Assembly (NCBI RefSeq): GCF_009914755.1 | Contig: NC_060943.1 | Source: the human T2T-CHM13v2.0 reference genome, Homo sapiens | Length of the DNA: 64,000 nt | Strand: one strand, 5' to 3' | Shown here: piece by piece, positions 13,201-26,810 of the stretch | Position numbering within the stretch: position 1 is the stretch's first letter | Layout: each line of letters opens with the position of its first letter | Translations under genes and position numbers: made by a program | Notes under the pieces: generated by a model | Told to the model about the DNA's origin: nothing | What the model saw: only the letters and a program-made list of their open reading frames with translations | Database searches by the model: none

Positions 13201-16200
13201 ACGGGTTTTCTTCATATTATGCTAGACAGAAGAATTCTCAGTAACTTTCTTGTGTTGTGTGTATTCAACTCACACAGTTGAACGATCCTTTACACAGAGC
13301 ATACTTGAAACACTCTTGTTGTGGAATTTGCAAGTGGAGATTTCAGCCGCTTTGAGGTCAATGGTAGAATAGGAAATATCTTCCTATAGAAACTAGACAG
13401 AATGATTCTCAGAAACTCCTTTGTGATGTGTGCGTTCAACTCACAGAGTTTAACCTTTCTTTTCATAGAGCAGTTAGGAAACACTCTGTTTGTAAAGTCT
13501 GCAAGTGGATATTCAGACCTCCTTGAGGCCTTCGTTGGAAACGGGATTTCTTCATATTATGCTAGACAGAAGAATTCTCAGTAACTTCCTTGTGTTGTGT
13601 GTATTCAACTCACAGAGTTGAACGATCCTTTACACAGAGCAGACTTGAAACACTCTTTTTGTGGAATTTGCAAGTGGAGATTTCAGCCGTTTTGAGGTCA
13701 ATGGTACAATAGGAAATATCTTCCTATAGAAACTAGACAGAATGATTCTCAGAAACTCCTTTGTGATGTGTGCGTTCAACTCACAGAGTTTAACCTTTCT
13801 TTTCATAGAGCAGTTAGGAAACACTCTGTTTGTAAAGTCTGGAAGTGGATATTCAGACATCTTTGAGGCTTTCGTTGGAAACGGGATTTCTTCATATTCT
13901 GCTATACAGAAGAATTGTCAGAAACTTCCTTGTGTTGTGTGTCTTCAACTCACAGAGTTGAACGATGCTTTACACAGAGTAGACTTGAAACACTCTTTTT
14001 CTGGAATTTGCAAGTGGAGATTTCAGCCGCTTTGAGGTCAATGGTAGAATAGGAAATATCTTCCTATAGAAACTAGACAGAATGATTCTCAGAAACTCCT
14101 TTGTGATGTGTGCGTTCAACTCACAGAGTTTAACCTTTCTTTTCATAGAGCAGTTAGGAAACACTCTGTTTGTAAAGTCTGCAAGTGGATATTCAGACCT
14201 CCTTGAGGCCTTCGTTGGAAACGGGATTTCTTCATATTATGCTAGACAGAAGAATTCTCAGTAACTTCCTTGTGTTGTGTGTATTCAACTCACAGAGTTG
14301 AACGATCCTTTACACAGAGCAGACTTGAAACACTCTTTTTGTGGAATTTGCAAGTGGAGATTTCAGCCGCTTTGAGGTCAAGGGTAGAATAGGAAATATC
14401 TTCCTACAGAAACTAGACAGAATGATTCTCAGAAACTCCTTTGTGATGTGTGCGTTCAACTCAGAGAGTTTATCCTTTCTTTTCATAGAGCAGTTAGGAA
14501 ACACTCTGTTTGTAAAGTCTGCAAGTGGATATTCAGACCTCCTTGAGGCCTTCGTTGGAAACGGGATTTCTTCATATTATGCTAGACAGAAGAATTCTCA
14601 GTAACTTCCTTGTGTTGTGTGTATTCAACTCACAGAGTTGAACGATCCTTTACACAGAGCAGACTTGAAACAGTCTTTTTGTGGAATTTGGAAGTGGAGA
14701 ATTCAGCCGCTTTGAGGTCAATGGTAGAATAGGAAATATCTTCCTATAGAAACTAGACAGAATGATTGTCAGAAACTCCTTTGTGCTGTGTGCGTTCAAC
14801 TCACAGAGTTTAAACTTTCTTTTCATAGAGCAGTTAGGAAACACTCTGTTTGTAAAGTCTGCAAGTGGATATTCACACATCTTTGAGGCCTTCGTTGGAA
14901 ACGGGATTTCTTCATATTCTGCTAGACAGAAGAATTCTCAGTAACTTCCTTGTGTTGTGTGTATTCAACTCACAGAGTTGAACGATCCTTTACACAGAGC
15001 AAACTTGAAACACTCTTCTTGTGGAATTTGCAAGTGGAGATTTCAGCCGCTTTGAGGTCAATTGTAGAATAGGAAATATCTTCCTATAGAAACTAGACAG
15101 AATGATTCTCAGATACTCCTTTGTGATGTGTGCGTTCAACTCACAGAGTTTAACCTTTCTTTTCATAGAGCAGTTAGGAAACACTCTGTTTGTAAAGTCT
15201 GCAAGTGGATATTCAGACCTCCTTGTGGCCTTCGTTGGAAACGGGATTTCTTCATATTATGCTAGACAGAAGAATTCTCAGTAACTTCCTTGTGTTGTGT
15301 GTATTCAACTCACAGAGTTGAACGATCCTTTACACAGAGCAGACTTGAAACACTCTTTTAGTGGAATTTGCAAGTGGAGATTTCAGCCGCTTTGAGGTCA
15401 ATGGTAGAATAGGAAATATCTTCCTATAGAAACTAGACAGAATGATTCTCAGAAACTCCTTTGTGATGTGTGCGTTCAACTCACAGTGTTTAACCTTTCT
15501 TTTCATAGAGCAGTTAGGAAACACTCTGTTTGTAAAGTCTGCAAGTGGATATTCAGACCTCCTTGAGGCCTTCGTTGGAAACGGGATTTCTTCATATTCT
15601 GCTAGACATAAGAATTCTCAGTAACTTCCTTGTGTTGTGTGAATTCAACTCACAGAGTTGAACGATCCTTTACACAGAGCAGACTTGAAACACTCTTTTT
15701 GTGGAATTTGCAAGTGGAGATTTAAGCCGCTTTGAGGTCAATAGTAGAATAGGAAATACCTTCCTATAGAAATTAAACAGAATGATTCTCAGAAACTCCT
15801 TTGTGATGTGTGCGTTCAACTCACAGAGTTTAACCTTTCTTTTCATAGAGCAGTTAGGAAACACTCTGTTTGTAAAGTCTGAAAGTGGATATTCAGACCT
15901 CTTTGAGGCCTTCGTTGGAAACGGGATTTCTTCATATTCTGCTAGAGAGAAGAATTCTCAGTAACTTCCTTGTGTTGTGTGTATTCAACTCACAGAGTTC
16001 AACGATCCTTTACACAGAGCAGACTTGAAACACTCTTTTTGTGGAATTTGCAAGTGGAGATTTCAGCCGCTTTGAGGTCAATGGTTGAAAAGGAGATATC
16101 TTCGTATAAAAACTAGACAGAATGATTCTCAGAAACTCCTTTGTGATGTGTGCGTTCAACTCACAGAGTTTAACCTTTCTTTTAATAGAGCAGTTGGGAA

Positions 16201-19200
16201 ACACTCTGTTTGTAAAGTCTGCAAGTGGATATTCAGACCTCTTTGAGGCCTTCGTTGGAAACGGGATTTCTTCATATTATGCTAGACAGAAGAATTCTCA
16301 GTAACTTCCTTGGGTTGTGTGTATTCAACTCACAGAGTTGAATGATCCTTTACACAGAACAGACTTGAAACACTCTTTTTGTGGAATTTGCAAGTGGAGA
16401 TTTCAGCCGCTTTGAGGTCAATGGTAGAATAGGAAATATCTTCCTATAGAAACTAGACAGAATGATTGTCAGAAACTACTTTGTGATGTGTGCGTTCAAC
16501 TCACAGAGTTTAACCTTTCTGTTCATCGAGCAGTTAGGAAACACTCTGTTTGTAAAGTCTGCAAGTGGATATTCAGACCTCCTTGAGGCCTTCGTTGGAA
16601 ACGGGATTTCTTCATATTATGCTAGACAGAAGAATTCTCAGTAACTTCCTTGTGTTGTGTGTATTCAACTCACACAGTTGAACGATCCTTTACACAGAGC
16701 AGACTTGAAACACTCTTTTTGTGGAATTTGCAAGTGGAGATTTCAGCCGCTTTGAGGTCAATGGTAGAATAGGAAATATCTTCCTATAGAAACTAGACAG
16801 AATGATTCTCAGAAACTCCTTTGTGATGTGTGCGTTCAACTCACAGAGTTTAACCTTTCTTTTCATAGAGCAGTTAGGAAACAATCTGTTTGTAAAGTCT
16901 GCAAGTGGATATTCAGACCTCTTTGAGGCCTTCGTTGGAAACGGGATTTCTTCATATTCTGCTAGAGAGAAGAATTCTCAGTAACTTCCTTGTGTTGTGT
17001 GTATTCAACTCACAGAGTTCAACGATCCTTTACACAGAGCAGACTTGAAGCACTCTTTTTGTGGAATTTGCGAGTGGAGATTTCAGCCGCTTTGAGGTCA
17101 ATGGTAGAATAGGAAATATCTTCCTATAGAAACTAGACAGAATGATTCTCAGAAACTCCTTTGTGATGTGTGCGTTCAACTCACAGAGTTTAACCTTTCT
17201 TTTCATAGAGCAGTTAGGAAACACTCTGTTTGTTAAGTCTGCAAGTGGATATTCAGACCTCCTTGAGGCCTTCGTTGGAAACGGGTTTTCTTCATATTAT
17301 GCTAGACAGAAGAATTCTCAGTAACTTCCTAGTGTTGTGTGTATTCAACTCACACAGTTGAACGATCCTTTACACAGAGCATACTTGAAACACTCTTGTT
17401 GTGGAATTTGCAAGTGGAGATTTCAGCCGCTTTGAGGTCAATGGTAGAATAGGAAATATCTTCCTATAGAAACTAGACAGAATGATTCTCAGAAACTCCT
17501 TTGTGATGTGTGCGTTCAACTCACAGAGTTTAACCTTTCTTTTCATAGAGCAGTTAGGAAACACTCTGTTTGTAAAGTCTGCAAGTGGATATTCAGACCT
17601 CCTTGAGGCCTTCGTTGGAAACGGGATTTCTTCATATTTTGCTAGACAGAAGAATTCTCAGTAACTTCCTTGTGTTGTGTGTATTCAACTCACAGAGTTG
17701 AACGATCCTTTACACAGAGCAGACTTGAAACACTCTTTTTGTGGAATTTGCAAGTGGAGATTTCAGCCGTTTTGAGGTCAATGGTAGAATAGGAAATATC
17801 TTCCTATAGAAACTAGACAGAATGATTCTCAGAAACTCCTTTGTGATGTGTGCGTTCAACTCACAGAGTTTAACCTTTCTTTTCATAGAGCAGTTAGGAA
17901 ACACTCTGTTTGTAAAGTCTGGAAGTGGATATTCAGACATCTTTGAGGCTTTCGTTGGAAACGGGATTTCTTCATATTCTGCTATACAGAAGAATTGTCA
18001 GAAACTTCCTTGTGTTGTGTGTCTTCAACTCACAGAGTTGAACGATGCTTTACACAGAGTAGACTTGAAACACTCTTTTTCTGGAATTTGCAAGTGGAGA
18101 TTTCAGCCGCTTTGAGGTCAATGGTAGAAAAGGAAATATCTTCGTATAAAAACTAGACAGAATGATTCTCAGAAACTCCTTTGTGATGTGTGCGTTCAAC
18201 TCACAGAGTTTAACCTTTCTTTTCATAGAGCAGTTAGGAAACACTCTGTTTGTAAAGTGTGCAAGTGGATATTCAGACCTCTTTGAGGCCTTCGTTGGAA
18301 ACGGGATTTCTTCATATTCTGCTAGAGAGAAGAATTCTCAGTAACTTCCTTGTGATGTGTGTATTCAACTCACAGAGTTCAACGATCCTTTACACAGAGC
18401 AGACTTGAAACACTCTTTTTGTGGAATTTGCAAGTGGAGATTTCAGCCGCTTTGAGGTCAATGGTAGAATAGGAAATATCTTCCTATAGAAACTAGACAG
18501 AATGATTCTCAGAAACTCCTTTGTGATGTGTGCGTTCAACTCACAGAGTTTAACCTTTCTTTTCATAGAGCAGTTAGGAAACACTCTGTTTGTAAAGTCT
18601 GCAAGTGGATATTCAGACCTCCTTGAGGCCTTCGTTGGAAACGGGATTTCTTCATATTATGCTAGACAGAAGAATTCTCAGTAACTTCCTTGTGTTGTGT
18701 GTATTCAACTCACAGAGTTGAACGATCCTTTACACAGAGCAGACTTGAAACACTCTTTTTGTGGAATTTGCAAGTGGAGATTTCAGCCGCTTTGAGGTCA
18801 AGGGTAGAATAGGAAATATCTTCCTACAGAAACTAGACAGAATGATTCTCAGAAACTCCTTTGTGATGTGTGCGTTCAACTCACAGAGTTTATCCTTTCT
18901 TTTCATAGAGCAGTTAGGAAACACTCTGTTTGTAAAGTCTGCAAGTGGATATTCAGACCTCCTTGAGGCCTTCGTTGGAAACGGGATTTCTTCATATTAT
19001 GCTAGACAGAAGAATTCTCAGTAACTTCCTTTTATTGTGTGTATTCAACTCACAGAGTTGAACGATCCTTTACACAGAGCAGACTTGAAACACTCTTTTT
19101 GTGGAATTTGCAAGTGGAGATTTCAGCCGCTTTGAGGTCAATGGTAGAAAAGGAAATATCTTCGTATAAAAATTAGACAGAATGATTCTCAGAAACTCCT

Positions 19201-22200
19201 TTGTGATGTGTGCATTCAACTCACAGAGTTTAGCCTTTCTTTTCATAGAGCAGTTAGGAAACACTCTGTTTGTAAAGTCTGCAACTGGATATTCAGGCCT
19301 CTTTGAGGCCTTCGTTGGAAACGGGATTTCTTCATATTATGCTAGACAGAAGAATTCTCAGTAACTTCCTTGTGTTGTGTGTATTCAACTCACAGAGTTG
19401 AACGATCCTTTACACAGAGCAGACTTGAAACAGTCTTTTTGTGGAATTTGGAAGTGGAGAATTCAGCCGCTTTGAGGTCAATGGTAGAATAGGAAATATC
19501 TTCCTATAGAAACTAGACAGAATGATTGTCAGAAACTCCTTTGTGCTGTGTGCGTTCAACTCACAGAGTTTAAACTTTCTTTTCATAGAGCAGTTAGGAA
19601 ACACTCTGTTTGTAAAGTCTGCAGGTGGATATTCAGACATCATTGAGGCTTTCGTTGGAAACGGGATTTCTTCATATTCTGCTAGACAGAAGAATTCTCA
19701 GAAACTTCCTTGTGTTGTGTGTTTTCAACTCACAGAGTTGAACGACCCTTTACACAGAGCAGACTTGAAACACTCTCTTTGTGGAATTTGCAAGTGGAGA
19801 TTTCAGCCGCTTTGAGGTCAATGGTAGAAAAGGAAATATCTTCGTATAAAAACTAGACAGAATGATTCTCAGAAACTCCTTTGTGATGTGTGCGTTCAAC
19901 TCACAGAGTTTAACCTTTCTTTTAATAGAGCAGTTGGGAAACACTCTGTTTGTAAACTCTGCAAGTGGATATTCAGACCTCTTTGAGGCCTTCGTTGGAA
20001 ACGGGATTTCTTCATATTCTGCTAGACAGAAGAATTCTCAGAAACTTCCTTGTGTTGTGTGTATTCAACTCACAGAGTTGAATGATCCTTTACACAGAGC
20101 AGACTTGAAACACTCTTTTTGTGGAATTTGCAAGTGGAGATTTCAGCCGCTTTGAGGTCAATGGTAGAATAGGAAATATCTTCCTATAGAAACTAGACAG
20201 AATGATTGTCAGAAACTCCTTTGTGATGTGTGCGTTCAACTCACAGAGTTTAACCTTTCTTTTCATAGAGCAGTTAGGAAACACTCTGTTTGTAAAGTCT
20301 GCAAGTGGATATTCCGACATCTATGAGGCTTTCGTTGGAAACGGGATTTCTTCATATTCTGCTATACAGAAGAATTCTCAGAAACTTCCTTGTGTTGTGT
20401 GTATTCAACTCACAGAGTTGAACGATCCTTTACACAGAGCAGACTTGAAACACTCTTTTTGTGGAATTTGGAAGTGTAGAATTCAGCCGCTTTCAGGTCA
20501 ATGGTAGAATAGGAAATATCTTCCTATAGAAAATTGACAGAATGATTGTCAGAAACTCCTTGGTGCTGTGTGCGTTCAACTCACAGAGTTTAAAGTTTCT
20601 TTTCATAGAGCAGTTAGGAAACACTCTGTTTGTAATGTCTGCAGGTGGATATTCAGACATCATTGAGGCTTTTTTTGGAAACGGGATTTCTTCATATTCT
20701 GCTATATACAAGAATTCTCAGAAACTTCCTTGTGTTGTGTGTTTTCAACTCACAGAGTTGAACGATCCTTTACACAGAGCAGACTTGAAACACTCTTTTT
20801 GTGGAATTTGCAAGTGGAGATTTCAGCCGCTTTGTGGTCAATGGTAGAAAAGGAAATATCTTCGTATAAAAACTAGACAGAATGATTCTCAGAAACTCCT
20901 TTGTGATGTGTGCGTTCAACTCACAGAGTTTAACCTTTCTGTTCATAGAGCAGTTGGGAAACACTCTGTTTGTAAAGTCTGCAAGTGGATATTCAGACCT
21001 CTTTGAGGCCTTCGTTGGAAACGGGATTTCTTCATATTCTGCTAGACAGAAGAATTCTCAGTAACTTCCTTGTGTTGTGTGTATTCAACTCACAGAGTTG
21101 AATGATCCTTTACACAGAACAGACTTGAAACACTCTTTTTGTGGAATTTGCAAGTGGAGATTTCAGCCGCTTTGAGGTCAATGTTAGAATAGGAAATATC
21201 TTCCTATAGAAACTAGACAGAATGATTCTCAGAAACTCCTTTGTGATGTGTGCGTTCAACTCACAGAGTTTAACCTTTCTTTTAATAGAGCAGTTGGGAA
21301 ACACTCTGTTTGTAAAGTCTGCAAGTGGATATTCAGACCTCTTTGAGGCCTTCGTTGGAAACGGGATTTCTTCATATTATGCTAGACAGAAGAATTCTCA
21401 GTAACTTCCTTGGGTTGTGTGTATTCAACTCACAGAGTTGAATGATCCTTTACACAGAACAGACTTGAAACACTCTTTTTGTGGAATTTGCAAGTGGAGA
21501 TTTCAGCCGCTTTGAGGTCAATGGTAGAATAGGAAATATCTTCCTATAGAAACTAGACAGAATGATTGTCAGAAACTACTTTGTGATGTGTGCGTTCAAC
21601 TCACAGAGTTTAACCTTTCTGTTCATCGAGCAGTTAGGAAACACTCTGTTTGTAAAGTCTGCAAGTGGATATTCAGACCTCCTTGAGGCCTTCGTTGGAA
21701 ACGGGATTTCTTCATATTATGCTAGACAGAAGAATTCTCAGTAACTTCCTTGTGTTGTGTGTATTCAACTCACACAGTTGAACGATCCTTTACACAGAGC
21801 AGACTTGAAACACTCTTTTTGTGGAATTTGCAAGTGGAGATTTCAGCCGCTTTGAGGTCAATGGTAGAATAGGAAATATCTTCCTATAGAAACTAGACAG
21901 AATGATTCTCAGAAACTCCTTTGTGATGTGTGAGTTCAACTCACAGAGTTTAACCTTTCTTTTCATAGAGCAGTTAGGAAACACTCTGTTTGTAAAGTCT
22001 GCAAGTGGATATTCAGACATCCTTGAGGCCTTCGCTGGAAAAGGGATTTCTTCATATTATGCTAGACAGAAGAATTCTCAGTAACTTCCTTGTATTGTGT
22101 GTATTCAACTCACAGAGTTGAACGATCCTTTACACAGAGCAGACTTGAAACACTCTTTTTGTGGAATTTGCAAGTGGAGATTTCAGCCGCTTTGTGATCA

Positions 22201-25200
22201 ATGGTAGAATAGGAAATATCTTCCTATAGAAACTAGACAGAATGATTGTCAGAAACTCCTTTGTGATGTGTGCGTTCAACTCACAGAGTTTAACCTTTCT
22301 TTTCATAGAGCAGTTAGGAAACACTCTGTTTGTAAAGTCTGCAAGTGGATATTCACACATCTTTGAGGCTTTCGTTGGAAACGGGATTTCTTCATATTCT
22401 GCTATACAGAAGAATTCTCAGAAACTTCCTTGTGTTGTGTGTCTTCAACTCACAGAGTTGAACGATGCTTTACAGAGAGTAGACATGAAACACACTTTTT
22501 GTGGAATTTGCAAGTGGAGATTTCAGCCGCTTTGAGGTCAATGGTAGAAAAGGAAATATCTTCGTATAAAAACTAGACAGAATTATTCTCAGAAACTCCT
22601 TTGTGATGTGTGCGTTCAACTCACAGAGTTTAACCTTTCTTTTCATAGAGCAGTTAGGAAACACTCTGTTTGTAAAGTCTGCAAGTGGATATTCAGACCT
22701 CTTTGAGGCCTTCGTTGGAAACGGGATTTCTTCATATTCTGCTAGAGAGAAGAATTCTCAGTAACTTCCGTGTGTTGTGTGTATTCAACTCACAGAGTTC
22801 AACGATCCTTTACACAGAGCAGACTTGAAGCACTCTTTTTGTGGAATTTGCGAGTGGAGATTTCAGCCGCTTTGAGGTCAATGGTAGAATAGGAAATATC
22901 TTCCTATAGAAACTAGACAGAATGATTCTCAGAAACTCCTTTGTGATGTGTGCGTTCAACTCACAGAGTTTAACCTTTCTTTTCATAGAGCAGTTAGGAA
23001 ACACTCTGTTTGTTAAGTCTGCAAGTGGATATTCAGACCTCCTTGAGGCCTTCGTTGGAAACGGGTTTTCTTCATATTATGCTAGACAGAAGAATTCTCA
23101 GTAACTTCCTAGTGTTGTGTGTATTCAACTCACACAGTTGAACGATCCTTTACACAGAGCATACTTGAAACACTCTTGTTGTGGAATTTGCAAGTGGAGA
23201 TTTCAGCCGCTTTGAGGTCAATGGTAGAATAGGAAATATCTTCCTATAGAAACTAGACAGAATGATTCTCAGAAACTCCTTTGTGATGTGTGCGTTCAAC
23301 TCACAGAGTTTAACCTTTCTTTTCATAGAGCAGTTAGGAAACACTCTGTTTGTAAAGTCTGCAAGTGGATATTCAGACCTCCTTGAGGCCTTCGTTGGAA
23401 ACGGGATTTCTTCATATTTTGCTAGACAGAAGAATTCTCAGTAACTTCCTTGTGTTGTGTGTATTCAACTCACAAAGTTGAACGATCCTTTACACAGAGC
23501 AGACTTGAAACACTCTTTTTGTGGAATTTGCAAGTGGAGATTTCAGCCGTTTTGAGGTCAATGGTAGAATAGGAAATATCTTCCTATAGAAACTAGACAG
23601 AATGATTCTCAGAAACTCCTTTGTGATGTGTGCGTTCAACTCACAGAGTTTAACCTTTCTTTTCATAGAGCAGTTAGGAAACACTCTGTTTGTAAAGTCT
23701 GGAAGTGGATATTCAGACATCTTTGAGGCTTTCGTTGGAAACGGGATTTCTTCATATTCTGCTATACAGAAGAATTGTCAGAAACTTCCTTGTGTTGTGT
23801 GTCTTCAACTCACAGAGTTGAACGATGCTTTACACAGAGTAGACTTGAAACACTCTTTTTCTGGAATTTGCAAGTGGAGATTTCAGCCGCTTTGAGGTCA
23901 ATGGTAGAAAAGGAAATATCTTCGTATAAAAACTAGACAGAATGATTCTCAGAAACTCCTTTGTGATGTGTGCGTTCAACTCACAGAGTTTAACCTTTCT
24001 TTTCATAGAGCAGTTAGGAAACACTCTGTTTGTAAAGTGTGCAAGTGGATATTCAGACCTCTTTGAGGCCTTCGTTGGAAACGGGATTTCTTCATATTCT
24101 GCTAGAGAGAAGAATTCTCAGTAACTTCCTTGTGATGTGTGTATTCAACTCACAGAGTTCAACGATCCTTTACACAGAGCAGACTTGAAACACTCTTTTT
24201 GTGGAATTTGCAAGTGGAGATTTCAGCCGCTTTGAGGTCAATGGTAGAATAGGAAATATCTTCCTATAGAAACTAGACAGAATGATTCTCAGAAACTCCT
24301 TTGTGATGTGTGCGTTCAACTCACAGAGTTTAACCTTTCTTTTCATAGAGCAGTTAGGAAACACTCTGTTTGTAAAGTCTGCAAGTGGATATTCAGACCT
24401 CCTTGAGGCCTTCGTTGGAAACGGGATTTCTTCATATTATGCTAGACAGAAGAATTCTCAGTAACTTCCTTGTGTTGTGTGTATTCAACTCACAGAGTTG
24501 AACGATCCTTTACACAGAGCAGACTTGAAACACTCTTTTTGTGGAATTTGCAAGTGGAGATTTCAGCCGCTTTGAGGTCAAGGGTAGAATAGGAAATATC
24601 TTCCTACAGAAACTAGACAGAATGATTCTCAGAAACTCCTTTGTGATGTGTGCGTTCAACTCACAGAGTTTATCCTTTCTTTTCATAGAGCAGTTAGGAA
24701 ACACTCTGTTTGTAAAGTCTGCAAGTGGATATTCAGACCTCCTTGAGGCCTTCGTTGGAAACGGGATTTCTTCATATTATGCTAGACAGAAGAATTCTCA
24801 GTAACTTCCTTTTATTGTGTGTATTCAACTCACAGAGTTGAACGATCCTTTACACAGAGCAGACTTGAAACACTCTTTTTGTGGAATTTGCAAGTGGAGA
24901 TTTCAGCCGCTTTGAGGTCAATGGTAGAAAAGGAAATATCTTCGTATAAAAATTAGACAGAATGATTCTCAGAAACTCCTTTGTGATGTGTGCATTCAAC
25001 TCACAGAGTTTAGCCTTTCTTTTCATAGAGCAGTTAGGAAACACTCTGTTTGTAAAGTCTGCAACTGGATATTCAGGCCTCTTTGAGGCCTTCGTTGGAA
25101 ACGGGATTTCTTCATATTATGCTAGACAGAAGAATTCTCAGTAACTTCCTTGTGTTGTGTGTATTCAACTCACAGAGTTGAACGATCCTTTACACAGAGC

Positions 25201-25860
25201 AGACTTGAAACAGTCTTTTTGTGGAATTTGGAAGTGGAGAATTCAGCCGCTTTGAGGTCAATGGTAGAATAGGAAATATCTTCCTATAGAAACTAGACAG
25301 AATGATTGTCAGAAACTCCTTTGTGCTGTGTGCGTTCAACTCACAGAGTTTAAACTTTCTTTTCATAGAGCAGTTAGGAAACACTCTGTTTGTAAAGTCT
25401 GCAGGTGGATATTCAGACATCATTGAGGCTTTCGTTGGAAACGGGATTTCTTCATATTCTGCTAGACAGAAGAATTCTCAGAAACTTCCTTGTGTTGTGT
25501 GTTTTCAACTCACAGAGTTGAACGACCCTTTACACAGAGCAGACTTGAAACACTCTCTTTGTGGAATTTGCAAGTGGAGATTTCAGCCGCTTTGAGGTCA
25601 ATGGTAGAAAAGGAAATATCTTCGTATAAAAACTAGACAGAATGATTCTCAGAAACTCCTTTGTGATGTGTGCGTTCAACTCACAGAGTTTAACCTTTCT
25701 TTTAATAGAGCAGTTGGGAAACACTCTGTTTGTAAACTCTGCAAGTGGATATTCAGACCTCTTTGAGGCCTTCGTTGGAAACGGGATTTCTTCATATTCT
25801 GCTAGACAGAAGAATTCTCAGAAACTTCCTTGTGTTGTGTGTATTCAACTCACAGAGTTG
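7300..25860 (+). repeat. Dispersed copies of a ~12-14-dimer cassette: ~7300-11920, ~11930-14880 (internally deleted), ~16900-20090 (partial), ~21240-25860
   Basis: The same ordered variant dimers recur at offsets 4080 (7962/12042 to 9662/13742), 8160 (8870/17030 to 11590/19750) and 13940 (7282/21222 to 11702/25642). Confidence 0.88.
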
Positions 25861-26810
25861 AATGATCCTTTACACAGAGCAGACTTGAAACACTCTTTTT
25901 GTGGAATTTGCAAGTGGAGATTTCAGCCGCTTTGAGGTCAATGGTAGAATAGGAAATATCTTCCTATAGAAACTAGACAGAATGATTGTCAGAAACTCCT
26001 TTGTGATGTGTGCGTTCAACTCACAGAGTTTAACCTTTCTTTTCATAGAGCAGTTAGGAAACACTCTGTTTGTAAAGTCTGCAAGTGGATATTCCGACAT
26101 CTATGAGGCTTTCGTTGGAAACGGGATTTCTTCATATTCTGCTATACAGAAGAATTCTCAGAAACTTCCTTGTGTTGTGTGTATTCAACTCACAGAGTTG
26201 AACGATCCTTTACACAGAGCAGACTTGAAACACTCTTTTTGTGGAATTTGGAAGTGTAGAATTCAGCCGCTTTCAGGTCAATGGTAGAATAGGAAATATC
26301 TTCCTATAGAAAATTGACAGAATGATTGTCAGAAACTCCTTGGTGCTGTGTGCGTTCAACTCACAGAGTTTAAAGTTTCTTTTCATAGAGCAGTTAGGAA
26401 ACACTCTGTTTGTAATGTCTGCAGGTGGATATTCAGACATCATTGAGGCTTTTTTTGGAAACGGGATTTCTTCATATTCTGCTATATACAAGAATTCTCA
26501 GAAACTTCCTTGTGTTGTGTGTTTTCAACTCACAGAGTTGAACGATCCTTTACACAGAGCAGACTTGAAACACTCTTTTTGTGGAATTTGCAAGTGGAGA
26601 TTTCAGCCGCTTTGTGGTCAATGGTAGAAAAGGAAATATCTTCGTATAAAAACTAGACAGAATGATTCTCAGAAACTCCTTTGTGATGTGTGCGTTCAAC
26701 TCACAGAGTTTAACCTTTCTGTTCATAGAGCAGTTGGGAAACACTCTGTTTGTAAAGTCTGCAAGTGGATATTCAGACCTCTTTGAGGCCTTCGTTGGAA
26801 ACGGGATTTC
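16900..26810 (+). repeat. Block duplication: ~16900-21030 repeated at ~22680-26810 (offset 5,780 bp = 17 dimers)
   Basis: Rare variants are shared at a constant offset: CCTAGTG (17331/23111), ATATTTT (17639/23419), AAAGTGT (18259/24039), ATTCCGAC (20311/26091), and the TTTTTTGGAA box (20671/26451). Confidence 0.92.
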
